A DNA stretch of 64,000 bases from an uncultured Pseudobdellovibrionaceae bacterium (GTDB taxonomy: Bacteria > Bdellovibrionota > FAC87 > UBA2466), in assembly GCA_964396165.1 (NCBI GenBank), contig CAYNEF010000013.1, positions 13,478 through 77,477 of the forward strand. Direction: 5' to 3'. Numbering within the stretch: the stretch's first letter is position 1; each line of letters starts with the position of its first letter. Position numbers and translations under genes: made by a program. This document shows positions 18,366-28,350 of the stretch, piece by piece. The notes below the pieces were generated by a model. The model did not search any database. It was given only the letters and a program-made list of their open reading frames with translations, and was not told the DNA's origin.

Positions 18366-21140
18366 GTGCCCATTAGACAGATTCAAAAGTCATTTTTCTT
18401 CAAAATTCTGAATAGTTTTGGACCTGTGTTTGGTTGCGTCATCTCTCTTATTTCTATTCTCGCGATTGTGGATTTAAAAACCGGAACTACGCTTTCCCGG
18501 TTCTTTCAGGATTCCCCCTCGACACATTTTCATTCTGCTTTGGTTTTGTTTTTTATGGGGTTGGGTATTTTGTCCTATTACGCTAAACGGAATACGCTTA
18601 CATTTACCATCGGATTTTTCATTCAAGTATTCGGTTTTCTAGCGTGTGCGCAAGTTCTCTATGGAATACCTCTGCATCTTGAATCTGTATTTTTTACGAG
18701 CATGAAATCTCGCCTCGGAGAATTTTCACATATTTCTCCGCAAGAGGCTATCGGCATCTGGTTTAGTGGCTGTGCTTTGATGTTTATTGTATCGCGAAGA
18801 AGGTCTTTACAACGGTATTGTCTGGGAGTGATTGCATCGGCACTTTTTGCAATCGGCGCAATTGGTACTTTTGGGTACTTGTCTTCCATGCGAGGAGGAT
18901 ACAACTGGCTGGAACTACCGCCGCTTTCTTCTTCTTCTGCTATTTCTATTTTACTCTTTTCTATCTGGCTATGGTCGACACAGCTTGAAAAATTTATTCA
19001 GGAAGAAAACTTTTGGAGCTTCTCTTTTGAATCCGGTCTTTTGATACTTCTCTGCACAGTAAATTTGGCCTTCGCCTTGCAGTTTCAAGAGAATGAGAGA
19101 AGAACGGTATATCTGAAAGAAAAAACAGTCGAATTAAATAGCAAGATAAGTGCACTACTAACAGAGAAATATCATACTAGTGAAAAACTGGCTAAAATGT
19201 CAGACACGGATTTTAAACCGGCTTTTCAGGAAGTAATCACTTCGGGCGTAGTGCCGGGCGTATCTTTCGAAATTCTTTCTAAAGAAGGTTCGCTTTTTTC
19301 CAGGACCTCTTCATCCGATATTACGGAACTTTATACAGAAGCTCTTGTTAATTTCGATAAGTTTCATTGGAAATTAAGAGTATGGGGTACCAGAAGTGCC
19401 TATGGAAAAATGAGAAACTATCTCATTCCGACTGTACTAGTTTTGGGAACTGCGCTGGCTCTTTTGTCTTTCTTTTTGATTCACTTGTTTTTTATGCTTT
19501 CTAATCAAGCGCGAGAGTTGAAAAAATCCCAGAGAGAACTAATACGCGCGCGAGAAAATGCACTACTCGCTTCAGAGGCAAAATCCAATTTCTTAGCCTA
19601 CATGAGCCATGAAATCCGTACCCCTCTCAATGCAGTGATTGGAATGTCGTCTTTACTACTAGATACCAAACTCGATAACGAGCAACGCGATTATGCAGAT
19701 ACGGTGAAATTCTCGGCCGACTCCCTACTGCAGCTTATCAATGACATTTTAGATCTCTCGAAAATTGAAGCAGGAAAGCTCGAGCTTGAGGCTATAGATT
19801 TTGATTTGCATGCTATTTTAAATGGAGTACCGGAATTATTTTTGTTTGTGCAAAGCCAAAAGGAAGTGGAAATCAGAAAAAACTTTTCACCGAATTTGCC
19901 TAAATACCTTGTAGGCGATCCCGGAAAACTTAGACAAATTTTGACCAATATCATCGGCAATGCTTTAAAATTTACTTCACATGGCTTTGTGGAATTAAGT
20001 GTCAGCACTTTGGAAAAGTCAGAAGGCTCTTACCGCATTCTATTTGAAGTAACAGATTCAGGAATAGGAATTCCTGAAGAATCCAAACACAAAATCTTTG
20101 GCGATTATTCCCAGGCTGAAAGTTCCACCAGTAGAACTTACGGCGGAACAGGGTTAGGTTTATCCATCTGTAGAAAAATGATTCAGGCGATGGGTGGAGA
20201 AATTAATTTTGAAAGTAAGCAGGGAATAGGGACTCGTTTTTTCTGGTCTATCCCCTATAAAGAAGGCATGGCAGAAAATCTGATGAAAGATGTCACTTTA
20301 TCCGCAAATTCTCTTTCTCGAGCCGCGAAAATTCTTGTCGCAGATGATAATCCTATCAACCGAAAAGTGGCAGCTAAGATGCTTGGAAAAATGGGTTTTC
20401 TTGTGGACACTGTGAATAACGGAGAAGATGCCTTTAACGCACATAAGACTGGAAGTTACGATGCTATTTTGATGGACTGTCAGATGCCTGTGATGGATGG
20501 TTATCAGACGACAACTGCTATAAGAAATCTTGAAAAGCTGACACGCAAACATATTCCCATCATCGCTTTGACCGGCCAGGCGATGGATAGTGATCGCAGA
20601 AGGTGTTTCGAAGTGGGAATGGATGCCTATTTATCCAAACCCTTTGAACCTATAATGCTCGAAAGAATTATTCACAAGGCTTTGCAAACAAACTTAAGTC
20701 TAAATCCAGAGAAATTGCAGGTAGAGACAAATGCCGCAAACCCACAGGTAGAAAAAGAAAGCGTTCTCGTTCGTTTAGAAGTCTTGAAAGAGATTGCCAC
20801 TCTACAGGAAGAAAATGGAACAGAATTTTTAAAGGAAATTGTGGAAATGTTTTACCGCACTTCTGACACCCAGATTGCGGAGATGGAAAAGTATTTAAAA
20901 TCACAGGATGGGATCAAACTTTCTGCTGTTGCCCATGATATGAAATCTGGTTGCGGCAATTTGGGTCTTGAAAAATTGACGGAAAGTTGTGCACGACTCG
21001 AGTTAACAGCCAAAAAAGGTACTCCTAGCGAGCTTTCAGAAACATTAGAGAAACTAAAAAGCGTACATTTAGAAACACGAAAAGAGCTTAGAGAAGCCTT
21101 GGAATTATTTTTAAGGCAAAACGAAAAGAAAGTGGCATAA
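18366..21140 (+). CDS. Hybrid sensor histidine kinase: polytopic membrane sensor, HisKA, HATPase, receiver and C-terminal HPt domain
   Basis: About 6 N-terminal transmembrane helices. H-box [16 protein letters not shown]-boxes DSGIGIPE and [13 protein letters not shown]. Receiver [13 protein letters not shown]...[12 protein letters not shown]...SKP. HPt motif [11 protein letters not shown]. Confidence 0.9.
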   Translation: MPIRQIQKSFFFKILNSFGPVFGCVISLISILAIVDLKTGTTLSRFFQDSPSTHFHSALVLFFMGLGILSYYAKRNTLTFTIGFFIQVFGFLACAQVLYGIPLHLESVFFTSMKSRLGEFSHISPQEAIGIWFSGCALMFIVSRRRSLQRYCLGVIASALFAIGAIGTFGYLSSMRGGYNWLELPPLSSSSAISILLFSIWLWSTQLEKFIQEENFWSFSFESGLLILLCTVNLAFALQFQENERRTVYLKEKTVELNSKISALLTEKYHTSEKLAKMSDTDFKPAFQEVITSGVVPGVSFEILSKEGSLFSRTSSSDITELYTEALVNFDKFHWKLRVWGTRSAYGKMRNYLIPTVLVLGTALALLSFFLIHLFFMLSNQARELKKSQRELIRARENALLASEAKSNFLAYMSHEIRTPLNAVIGMSSLLLDTKLDNEQRDYADTVKFSADSLLQLINDILDLSKIEAGKLELEAIDFDLHAILNGVPELFLFVQSQKEVEIRKNFSPNLPKYLVGDPGKLRQILTNIIGNALKFTSHGFVELSVSTLEKSEGSYRILFEVTDSGIGIPEESKHKIFGDYSQAESSTSRTYGGTGLGLSICRKMIQAMGGEINFESKQGIGTRFFWSIPYKEGMAENLMKDVTLSANSLSRAAKILVADDNPINRKVAAKMLGKMGFLVDTVNNGEDAFNAHKTGSYDAILMDCQMPVMDGYQTTTAIRNLEKLTRKHIPIIALTGQAMDSDRRRCFEVGMDAYLSKPFEPIMLERIIHKALQTNLSLNPEKLQVETNAANPQVEKESVLVRLEVLKEIATLQEENGTEFLKEIVEMFYRTSDTQIAEMEKYLKSQDGIKLSAVAHDMKSGCGNLGLEKLTESCARLELTAKKGTPSELSETLEKLKSVHLETRKELREALELFLRQNEKKVA

Positions 21141-21147
21141 TTAAGTT

Positions 21148-21558
21148 ATGTTTTCTCCTGACACTAAAATCCTGATCGCAGAAGACACGGAAATCACCCG
21201 TTCTATTTTGCGTAAAATTTTGGAAAAATTGGGTTATCGAAAAATCACAGAAGTCAGCGATGGAAATCAGGCGTTGGCTGCGATGCGAGAAGGTGTGGCG
21301 CATAATTCTCCTTTCGGTCTTGTGATTGCGGATTGGAATATGCCGGAGTTAAACGGACTCGCATTGCTTAAGAATATGAATGCGATGCCCAGTCATAAAA
21401 ATTGTGCCTTTATTTTACTGACGTCGAATACCGAAAAAGATCATGTGATAGAAGCCATCAAGTCTGGAGTAGCGATGTACATGGCGAAACCGTTTACAGC
21501 GACGACCATAGAGAAAAAACTTCAAGAAGCCTACCAGTTCTACCACAAAAAATCCTGA
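21148..21558 (+). CDS. Single-domain response regulator (CheY-like)
   Basis: KILIAEDTEITR...VIADWNMPELNG...AKPF. Starts 8 nt after the hybrid kinase stop. Confidence 0.85.
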   Translation: MFSPDTKILIAEDTEITRSILRKILEKLGYRKITEVSDGNQALAAMREGVAHNSPFGLVIADWNMPELNGLALLKNMNAMPSHKNCAFILLTSNTEKDHVIEAIKSGVAMYMAKPFTATTIEKKLQEAYQFYHKKS

Positions 21559-21584
21559 AACTTGCTCTGTTGATCTCAGCATTT

Positions 21585-21778
21585 TCAAAAATTCAAATAT
21601 GCGAAAAAGACGGGTCCTGTCACCTGCGGGATGACCAGATGCTCTCCTTGGATTTGATCTTCGCCGTGAGTTCTTTCTGCAAGTTTCGATGTCGTTGCTA
21701 ATTTGTAAGGTTTTACCCGGAGCCACTGGTCTTCCCTCCGGCGCCACCCGTATTTTTCGCATATTTGATTTTTTGAAA
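21585..21778. other. 194-nt non-coding element bounded by 34-bp imperfect terminal inverted repeats (MITE-like element or 6S-like structured RNA)
   Basis: Left end ttttcaaaaattcaaatatgcgaaaaagacgggt. The reverse complement of the right end is ttttcaaaaaatcaaatatgcgaaaaatacgggt, with 2 mismatches. Inner complementarity: gggatgaccagatgctc pairs with gagccactggtcttccc. Lies between convergent genes. Confidence 0.45.
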
Positions 21779-21794
21779 ATACGGCAGTCTGGTA

Positions 21795-22820
21795 TTAGTC
21801 GCCGAAATACATGATCCAGTAGCTTAATAGTTGGATGGCTTTTTCGTCGGGGATTTTTGTGCCTAGGGGAGGCATATGAGATGCTCCGAAATTTTCCATC
21901 ATGTATACCATTGCGCTCATTTCGGGTTTGCCGGCTAGGATGCGAAATGATTTTGGAACGTTCGGCATGGAAAACACTTGGGTTGCTTTGTTCATTGTCG
22001 TTTTAAATGCTGGTGTGTCGTTTTCAAATTTAGCATTTAAAACGTGTCTTAAATTGAGGCTGATGTGTTTGGAACTTCCCTGTGGGTTATGACAGTTTGC
22101 ACAGTTTGCATGCATGTAACCCAAAATGGCGCGTCCTTCTTTAGTCGCAGAATGTATTTTTGGATTTCCGTCTTGGATATTGGGTGTAACGTTCGTCAGT
22201 AGCTTTTCATCAATCAACGATTTCAAAGTTACCATATCAAATTCCAACTTCTCTTTATGAGGAGCATTGGGATCGCGATCGGTAGAAAGCTGCAAGGCAT
22301 CGAAACCCATGACTGGATCTCCGCCACGTCTGTGACAGCGTTGGCATTCTGTTACTGAGGGGATGTCGTGTTTTACAGTTTCGTTGATAGGCGTGTAATC
22401 TTTGATTCCATCTTCAGGCGCAAGCACCGCCTCTGTAGCATCCTGGTTCCACAAGTAAGAGGCATAATCCCATTCTTCATCAGAAATTTTTTCAATTAAT
22501 CTTGTTTCTACAAGACGTGCTGCATGCGTCTCTGCATTTTCAAAAGCAAATTCTTTCCAGATCTTAGTCCCCACAGGGAATTGCCAGTGATCTTCATCGG
22601 ACGTGTCGATTTGTTTTCCCTTGGGAAGATAGATCCATCTTTTTTTTAGTGCTCCATCTGTCCAAAGTGGATACTGCGGGGAAAAGGGTTTGTTATCAGC
22701 TGCGATTTTTTTTGTAGCGATATCGGAGTAAAGGCCTGTAGCAGATAGATTCGCTTTGGGTGTTGCATATAGGCATGACGCAAAAAACAGTAAAAATACA
22801 AACTTCATCCAATTCCTCAT
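21795..22820 (-). CDS. Secreted di-heme c-type cytochrome (two CxxCH motifs)
   Basis: Signal peptide MRNWMKFVFLLFFASCLYA. Heme-binding motifs CQRCH and CANCH. Confidence 0.55.
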   Translation of the reverse strand: MRNWMKFVFLLFFASCLYATPKANLSATGLYSDIATKKIAADNKPFSPQYPLWTDGALKKRWIYLPKGKQIDTSDEDHWQFPVGTKIWKEFAFENAETHAARLVETRLIEKISDEEWDYASYLWNQDATEAVLAPEDGIKDYTPINETVKHDIPSVTECQRCHRRGGDPVMGFDALQLSTDRDPNAPHKEKLEFDMVTLKSLIDEKLLTNVTPNIQDGNPKIHSATKEGRAILGYMHANCANCHNPQGSSKHISLNLRHVLNAKFENDTPAFKTTMNKATQVFSMPNVPKSFRILAGKPEMSAMVYMMENFGASHMPPLGTKIPDEKAIQLLSYWIMYFGD

Positions 22821-22874
22821 TACTTAAGAGCAATCTAGACGCTTCCCCAATTTTTCACAATATAGAATCGACTC

Positions 22875-24485
22875 TTAGGCCTTGGAGGCAGCGCCGGTAT
22901 AAATGTCTCGACCCAGTTGCGCCATCGCCTGAAGCTTCTTTTTCGACTTCACCTGGTATCTGTCTTTTAAGTAGTCCACCCCGCCCTTGTCCTTGTAAAC
23001 ATGGCGGATATATCTATTGAAACGGGCAAGTATGCCAATTTCAAAAGGATGTTCGTAGTAATTGTGTAAGAGGCGGTAGCGCGCAAAATAGCGCAATACT
23101 TTTTTACCAATAGTACGGATGAGACTGGTACCCGGGTTATGGGTAAGCATGGCCGCATACTTGTTCATCAGGTTAAGGCGTCTAGCAAGCTCAACCCCAC
23201 GCAAGTCATAGTACCGTGCCCATTTAATATCGATGTCCCCATCAAAAGAATCCAAGTCTTTATACTCTTCCGGCGTTTGTGGGATCGGGTAACCAGATCC
23301 GACTGCGAGTTGATAAAGATCCGTTCCTGGAAACGGTGTGTACGTTTGCAGCGTCACTACCGTATTAGGGTGAATGTTGGTGACTTGCGCCGCCAGTTTT
23401 GCCGTTTGATTAATAGAGTATTCTGTCTCTGTAGGGAATCCGACAATCATCGCGCAGGTAACTCCCAGATCAGGGAATTTAGAAATCAGTTTCATCTTTT
23501 CAATAATGAGTTCATTCGGAATTTTTTTAGCGATGAGAATTTTGGTGGATACGCCTCCGGTTTCGATCCCGAAAAATAGACGTCTTACGCCAAGCTTGTG
23601 CAGGCTTTCCAAAGATTCTTTCGTGACATCTTCCACACGTGTCTGAAGGTAGCGGCAGTTGATGCCCACATTTTGCAATCGCTCTGCAATTTCATTCATG
23701 CGCTCGTATTTGAAATAAATATTGTCGTCCGTAAACATGACGGCATTCACGCCATAGCGGTTATTTAAAATTCTGCCCATGCGTTCTACCGCATCTGGTT
23801 CGTAATAACGCATTTTGCGCTTGGTGAAGCGGACGGAATAACAAAAACCACAATTGAAAGGACAGCCGCGTGAAGTTTGAATCGCGGTGAGCTTATCGCC
23901 GGTTGTAGGATCGTGGTAAATGCTTTTGTGCATGTCCACGAGAGAAAAATCTTCTTCTTCCAGTTCGTAATCAGGAAGATGCACGAACGGACGATCTGGG
24001 TTTAAGATCGTTTGCCCGTTTTCCTTATAACCAAGTCCTAAAATCTGGCTGAAATTCATTTTGCCAGAGCTGAAAGCGTCGGCAAGTTCCACAATCGTTT
24101 CTTCGCCTTCTTGGACTACGACAAAATCAATGTAGGGCTGCTTTAAAGTCTGCTCTGGTACCAAAGAAGAATGGATCCCACCCCAGACAATTGGAATTTC
24201 TTTTCCTTCTTCTTTAATCGCTTTTGAAATATTGGCAGCATCATAGCACTGACGGCCGGTGATGGAGGATACTCCCACAAAAAGCGGATTGTAATTCGCA
24301 ATTTTTTTTGCGAATTCTTTGGGCTCAAAGTGTCCAGTGCGTTCTAAAAGAATGACTGTTTCGTATTTTGCTTTTCTTAAGGCGTTTGCCAAAAACAAAA
24401 GAGCCAGAGGATGGTTTGTTTCCGATTCTTGTTCGATTTTAACAAGTACAACGGGTCGTTTGTCTTTAAGCACTGGGCGCTCCAA
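22875..24485 (-). CDS. B12-binding domain radical SAM protein (class B)
   Basis: N-terminal Rossmann-like B12-binding region. Radical-SAM cluster motif SRGCPFNCGFCYS (C-x3-C-x2-C). 536 aa. Confidence 0.75.
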   Translation of the reverse strand: MERPVLKDKRPVVLVKIEQESETNHPLALLFLANALRKAKYETVILLERTGHFEPKEFAKKIANYNPLFVGVSSITGRQCYDAANISKAIKEEGKEIPIVWGGIHSSLVPEQTLKQPYIDFVVVQEGEETIVELADAFSSGKMNFSQILGLGYKENGQTILNPDRPFVHLPDYELEEEDFSLVDMHKSIYHDPTTGDKLTAIQTSRGCPFNCGFCYSVRFTKRKMRYYEPDAVERMGRILNNRYGVNAVMFTDDNIYFKYERMNEIAERLQNVGINCRYLQTRVEDVTKESLESLHKLGVRRLFFGIETGGVSTKILIAKKIPNELIIEKMKLISKFPDLGVTCAMIVGFPTETEYSINQTAKLAAQVTNIHPNTVVTLQTYTPFPGTDLYQLAVGSGYPIPQTPEEYKDLDSFDGDIDIKWARYYDLRGVELARRLNLMNKYAAMLTHNPGTSLIRTIGKKVLRYFARYRLLHNYYEHPFEIGILARFNRYIRHVYKDKGGVDYLKDRYQVKSKKKLQAMAQLGRDIYTGAASKA

Positions 24486-25197
24486 ACTCGATCACAGGAC
24501 GAAAACCTGTCGTGTAATAGAAAGAAAAAATTCCCATGATTATGGATTGGGAAATGCGGCTGTTATCGGCATCAAATGCCCAGCATCCTCCCTTTAAAAT
24601 GCGATTCTTTTTTAATTCCTGTTCAGACTTGCTTGGCATTGCCCCATACTCTGGGCGCATTTCTTTTTCAGAAGGCACAGTCGATGTCCACTCCAGCGCG
24701 TTGCCAGTCATATCGTAAACACCAAAAGGATTGGGCTCAAAATGATTCACTTCCGTTGTTCCACCAAAATGCAAAGCGATGTTTGCCAATTTTTCAGAGC
24801 AATTTCCTGTTGGTGTAGAAAACTCAGCGTCTTTTTTACAGCGCGCAATTTCTTCCCACGTGCTTGCAGTGGGAAGAGTAAACTTGAGACCAAAACGTGC
24901 AGTCAGCCAGTCGCAATAATCTTCTGCGTCTCTAAAATTAATTCCGACAGCGGGATGATTCGGTTGGTTGAATCTGGGATCTTCATGATAGAGAAGATTT
25001 TTTTTGGAAACGAGTTTCAAATAGCTTTGATAAACTTTATTGGTAATCAGGTATTTGGATACGGCATACGGTAAACCCTGACTGCGTAAATCTACAAAAT
25101 ACGGTAGATAGAGCGGTGCCCCCTCGAATGGAATCGTATGATCGAGTGCTGCCAAGTTTTGATTGGGCTGTACTAACAAATCAGAAAACAACTGCAA
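24466..25197 (-). CDS. Formylglycine-generating-enzyme (FGE/SUMF1) family domain protein
   Basis: NPFGVYDMTGNALEWT and GGCWAFD motifs, typical of the FGE-sulfatase/DUF323 fold. The stop overlaps the radical-SAM gene start by 20 nt. Confidence 0.7.
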   Translation of the reverse strand: MQLFSDLLVQPNQNLAALDHTIPFEGAPLYLPYFVDLRSQGLPYAVSKYLITNKVYQSYLKLVSKKNLLYHEDPRFNQPNHPAVGINFRDAEDYCDWLTARFGLKFTLPTASTWEEIARCKKDAEFSTPTGNCSEKLANIALHFGGTTEVNHFEPNPFGVYDMTGNALEWTSTVPSEKEMRPEYGAMPSKSEQELKKNRILKGGCWAFDADNSRISQSIIMGIFSFYYTTGFRPVIEFGAPSA

Positions 25198-25286
25198 AAT
25201 TACTCCTACAACTAAGTCAGACTAAATTTATCCTATAAGGCATATATTTAATTTCATCGACCTCTATCTGGCAAGATAAACCGTAA

Positions 25287-26267
25287 GTGACTCAACGTGT
25301 TATATTGGTTTTACAAAAGGGAATTTTAGCAGTATCTAACCTTATGGGATTAGTAACAGCGCCGAGAGTGAATCAGCTGTTGAAGTCGCTTTATTATAGC
25401 ATCAGCAACTATTCGCTGTCTGGCTTTGAACAGTTAAATTTGGGGTATGTGTTTCATACCGAGCGCATTTTTGACAATGCGATTTTTTCGCGCCTTCTCC
25501 GTTTTTGCAAAAGTTTTAAATCCCTCACTGGGAAAAAACCTATTTGTACTTTGATGCCCTACACAAATGCGCGGGTTTATCAGGAGTCTACTGCGGCTTT
25601 AGTGGATGAGAAAAATTATCTTGAGAGAACCAGACAATTGGCTGAAGTTTCTGATTTGGGGTACCACGGGCATTTTTGGAAGGACACGAGCCGGCTTTAC
25701 GATGTTACTTCTGAAATGAAAAAGGAAAATTTCTCGCTTCTTGCATTTCGTAGCCAATTTGAAAAAGACATAGCCTGGTTTAAAAACAACAGCATCTCCC
25801 ACAATGGCGCCTATGCAGCTGGTTGGTGGTTTATGAATCGGGAAGTGCTTCTTTCTCTTTTGGAAAATAATTTTGACATCGATTTTTCTTTCTCCCACAG
25901 CAAGTGGTTTCAAAATCCTTATGCAGAGAAAAACATGCAGGAAAACGAAATCAAAACAGGAGAGTTATTTCGTTTCAAACAGGGCGATCACGGTATTTTG
26001 TGCGTTCAAAACTTGATTGGCTGCCACCAGACACCTTTTCCCGAAGATTTTGTGAGAAATTTACTGAAACTGGATTTTGCGCCCAATACAAAAGTAGTAA
26101 CCGGTGTAGTGAATTCACATGATTATGATTTGGATGAAGTGAACACACTTCACTGTATTGAGTTTCTTCTAAAAAATCAGCCTGTGCAATTTAAAGGGTT
26201 AGACGACTTTAAAAGGCTCACTGGTTCTTCTTATAAGTGCATTTCCTTGGATAAAAAAAATGACTAA
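25287..26267 (+). CDS. Hypothetical protein (first gene of the glycan locus)
   Basis: 326 aa with no recognisable motif. Its stop overlaps the GT4 start. Confidence 0.35.
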   Translation: MTQRVILVLQKGILAVSNLMGLVTAPRVNQLLKSLYYSISNYSLSGFEQLNLGYVFHTERIFDNAIFSRLLRFCKSFKSLTGKKPICTLMPYTNARVYQESTAALVDEKNYLERTRQLAEVSDLGYHGHFWKDTSRLYDVTSEMKKENFSLLAFRSQFEKDIAWFKNNSISHNGAYAAGWWFMNREVLLSLLENNFDIDFSFSHSKWFQNPYAEKNMQENEIKTGELFRFKQGDHGILCVQNLIGCHQTPFPEDFVRNLLKLDFAPNTKVVTGVVNSHDYDLDEVNTLHCIEFLLKNQPVQFKGLDDFKRLTGSSYKCISLDKKND

Positions 26268-27477
26268 GCCTTCTTTGCAAAAAAGCGGGCAGCGTCTTTT
26301 ACTCATCGCAGAGACACTGGATGTAGGCGGTACCGAGCGTTCTATTGTCAATATTTTGCCCGGACTGATTCAAAGAGGCTATGAGTGCGAAGTAGCCTGT
26401 CTGCGTTCTCCCTACACGTTTGCGTCTGAAATAGAGAAGTTAGGTGTGCCTGTACACCGGATGGAACTTTCTTTTTTTTGGAATGTGCCTGAGGGCGTAT
26501 TTAAACTCAGCCGCATTTTATGGAAGGGACATTTTGATGTTCTTTTTTCGTATATATTTTTCCCTGCGAATTATTTAGCGCTCAGTAAATTTTTATCTCC
26601 AAAGGGTATAAGAATTGTTTGTCTTGGGTGTCTTGAGTTTGAACGCGATGTATTTAAATCCGCATGGATGCGGTTTCGCAAATGGTTTCGAATCACGCTT
26701 TTAAAGTATCTGATAGATGGAAGACTGGCAGTGAGTAGCCCCATCGCATCCCACTATGAACAGTTTTTACACAGCGGCGATATCGCTGTTATCCCCAATT
26801 CCGTTTCCCATTTTGCCTTGAACTTCATGCCGAAAGACAGCAAAGAATCTACCCGCAAGAAATATTCTGTCTCGATGGAAGATCTTGTATTGGTAACGCC
26901 AGCACGTTTTATCAGGGAAAAAGGCCACACGTATCTCATCCATGCGATTAAGATACTTGCGTCGCGTGGAATCACCTTAAAGGCATTACTTTTTGGCTAT
27001 GGGAAATTGGAAGAAGCGTTGCGAGCGCAAATTCAGTCTGAGGGCTTAGAAGAGAGTGTCCTTCTTCTACCCGCACTTTCGCAAAGCGATCTATTTGAAG
27101 CCATTACGGCATCCGATTTATTTGTACTGCCTTCTGTCAGTGAAGGATTTGGCCTTGCCATAGCGGAAGCTGCGGCACTGCATGCTCCCATAGTCTCGAC
27201 GAAAGTCGGGGGAATTCTCGATGTCGTGGAAGACGGTATCAGCGCTCTTCTAGTTCCGTCAGAAGATCCGTTAAGTCTAGCCGATGCCATCGAGCGCTTA
27301 AGTAAAGACGAAGTTTTGAGAGAAAAACTAAGTACAAATGCGAGAAAAAGGGCAGAGGAAAAATTCAATAGTGACGCTGTGAGCGAACAACTCCACCAAT
27401 ACTTTCTTTCTCTGCAGAGTAAGAAAAAGCATGGAGAGAAAAAATCAAATCTTCTCTTGAACGAGAACCACGTTTAG
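26260..27477 (+). CDS. Glycosyltransferase family 4 (GT-B fold)
   Basis: E-x7-E region EGFGLAIAEAAALHAPIVSTKVGG. Domain order typical of GT4. Confidence 0.85.
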   Translation: MTKPSLQKSGQRLLLIAETLDVGGTERSIVNILPGLIQRGYECEVACLRSPYTFASEIEKLGVPVHRMELSFFWNVPEGVFKLSRILWKGHFDVLFSYIFFPANYLALSKFLSPKGIRIVCLGCLEFERDVFKSAWMRFRKWFRITLLKYLIDGRLAVSSPIASHYEQFLHSGDIAVIPNSVSHFALNFMPKDSKESTRKKYSVSMEDLVLVTPARFIREKGHTYLIHAIKILASRGITLKALLFGYGKLEEALRAQIQSEGLEESVLLLPALSQSDLFEAITASDLFVLPSVSEGFGLAIAEAAALHAPIVSTKVGGILDVVEDGISALLVPSEDPLSLADAIERLSKDEVLREKLSTNARKRAEEKFNSDAVSEQLHQYFLSLQSKKKHGEKKSNLLLNENHV

Positions 27478-28347
27478 GCCGAAGGGTTTTAAGAGAGAGA
27501 GTCGTCCCCATTTCATTTCAAGTTTTCTAGTAATCCCGTACATTTTTGCGGCAAGATTGGGGGAAAATAAGCTTACTAGCGGAAGTGTCGGGCTAAGTTG
27601 TGTCGAAATTTGCAATACGGGTTTTACTGTTTTGTCGCTCAGTAGATTTTTCCAGTGCTTGTGCGATGTTTGGCGTACTTCATCAACCCAGTGCGCTTGC
27701 GCCCCTTGTGTTTTTGGCAAAAGAGAAATTCTTTTGCGACTGGGGGAAGTTTTTTGAGAAGTCGGTTGGGACGAAACTTCAGTTTTTGCGTTCCTTTGAC
27801 TAAAGGGCAAAGCGGCGACGCGCTTTAGCAGGTACACATAGTACTCCACCAGTCGAATGAGCGTTGCAAAACGGGAAGGGACCACACAGAAATGTACACC
27901 ATGCGGTTTTAAAACGCGGTGTATTTCTGCGACTGCCTTTTTTTGATCTTTGATATAGCCCAGCACATGAGAGGAAAATACGAGATCAAAAGAATTGTCT
28001 GCAAAGGGTAAAGATTCCACGACCGCAGGTTGGAGTGTGACATTGCCAATCCGCAGGTGCTTTAGCAAAGATTTTGCTTTTTCAAAATTCCCCTGATGAA
28101 TCGCAATGTCTGAATCGGGTTGATCGGTTGCCACAACATTATCCGATAGGACGGACAAAAATGCCGAGTAATATCCGACGCTGCAGCCAATCTCGAGAGT
28201 GTTTTGAAAATGTTTTTTGGGCAAAAGATCGTAGAAACTTAAAAATTCAAAATAGCGCCGGGAAAAATAAGAAGGCCACATTTCAAGATTTTTTAGGTCT
28301 TGCTCACAATGTGCATAGATGGATTTAAATTTGTCTTTTGTGGACAT
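27445..28347 (-). CDS. Class I SAM-dependent methyltransferase
   Basis: Motif I LEIGCSVGYY. Motif post-I VVATD. Confidence 0.7.
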   Translation of the reverse strand: MSTKDKFKSIYAHCEQDLKNLEMWPSYFSRRYFEFLSFYDLLPKKHFQNTLEIGCSVGYYSAFLSVLSDNVVATDQPDSDIAIHQGNFEKAKSLLKHLRIGNVTLQPAVVESLPFADNSFDLVFSSHVLGYIKDQKKAVAEIHRVLKPHGVHFCVVPSRFATLIRLVEYYVYLLKRVAALPFSQRNAKTEVSSQPTSQKTSPSRKRISLLPKTQGAQAHWVDEVRQTSHKHWKNLLSDKTVKPVLQISTQLSPTLPLVSLFSPNLAAKMYGITRKLEMKWGRLSLLKPFGLNVVLVQEKI

Positions 28348-28350
28348 GAG

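Noticed and set aside
23139-23579. 146-aa plus-strand ORF inside the radical-SAM gene
   Set aside because: The opposite strand encodes the conserved radical-SAM core. No motif is present.
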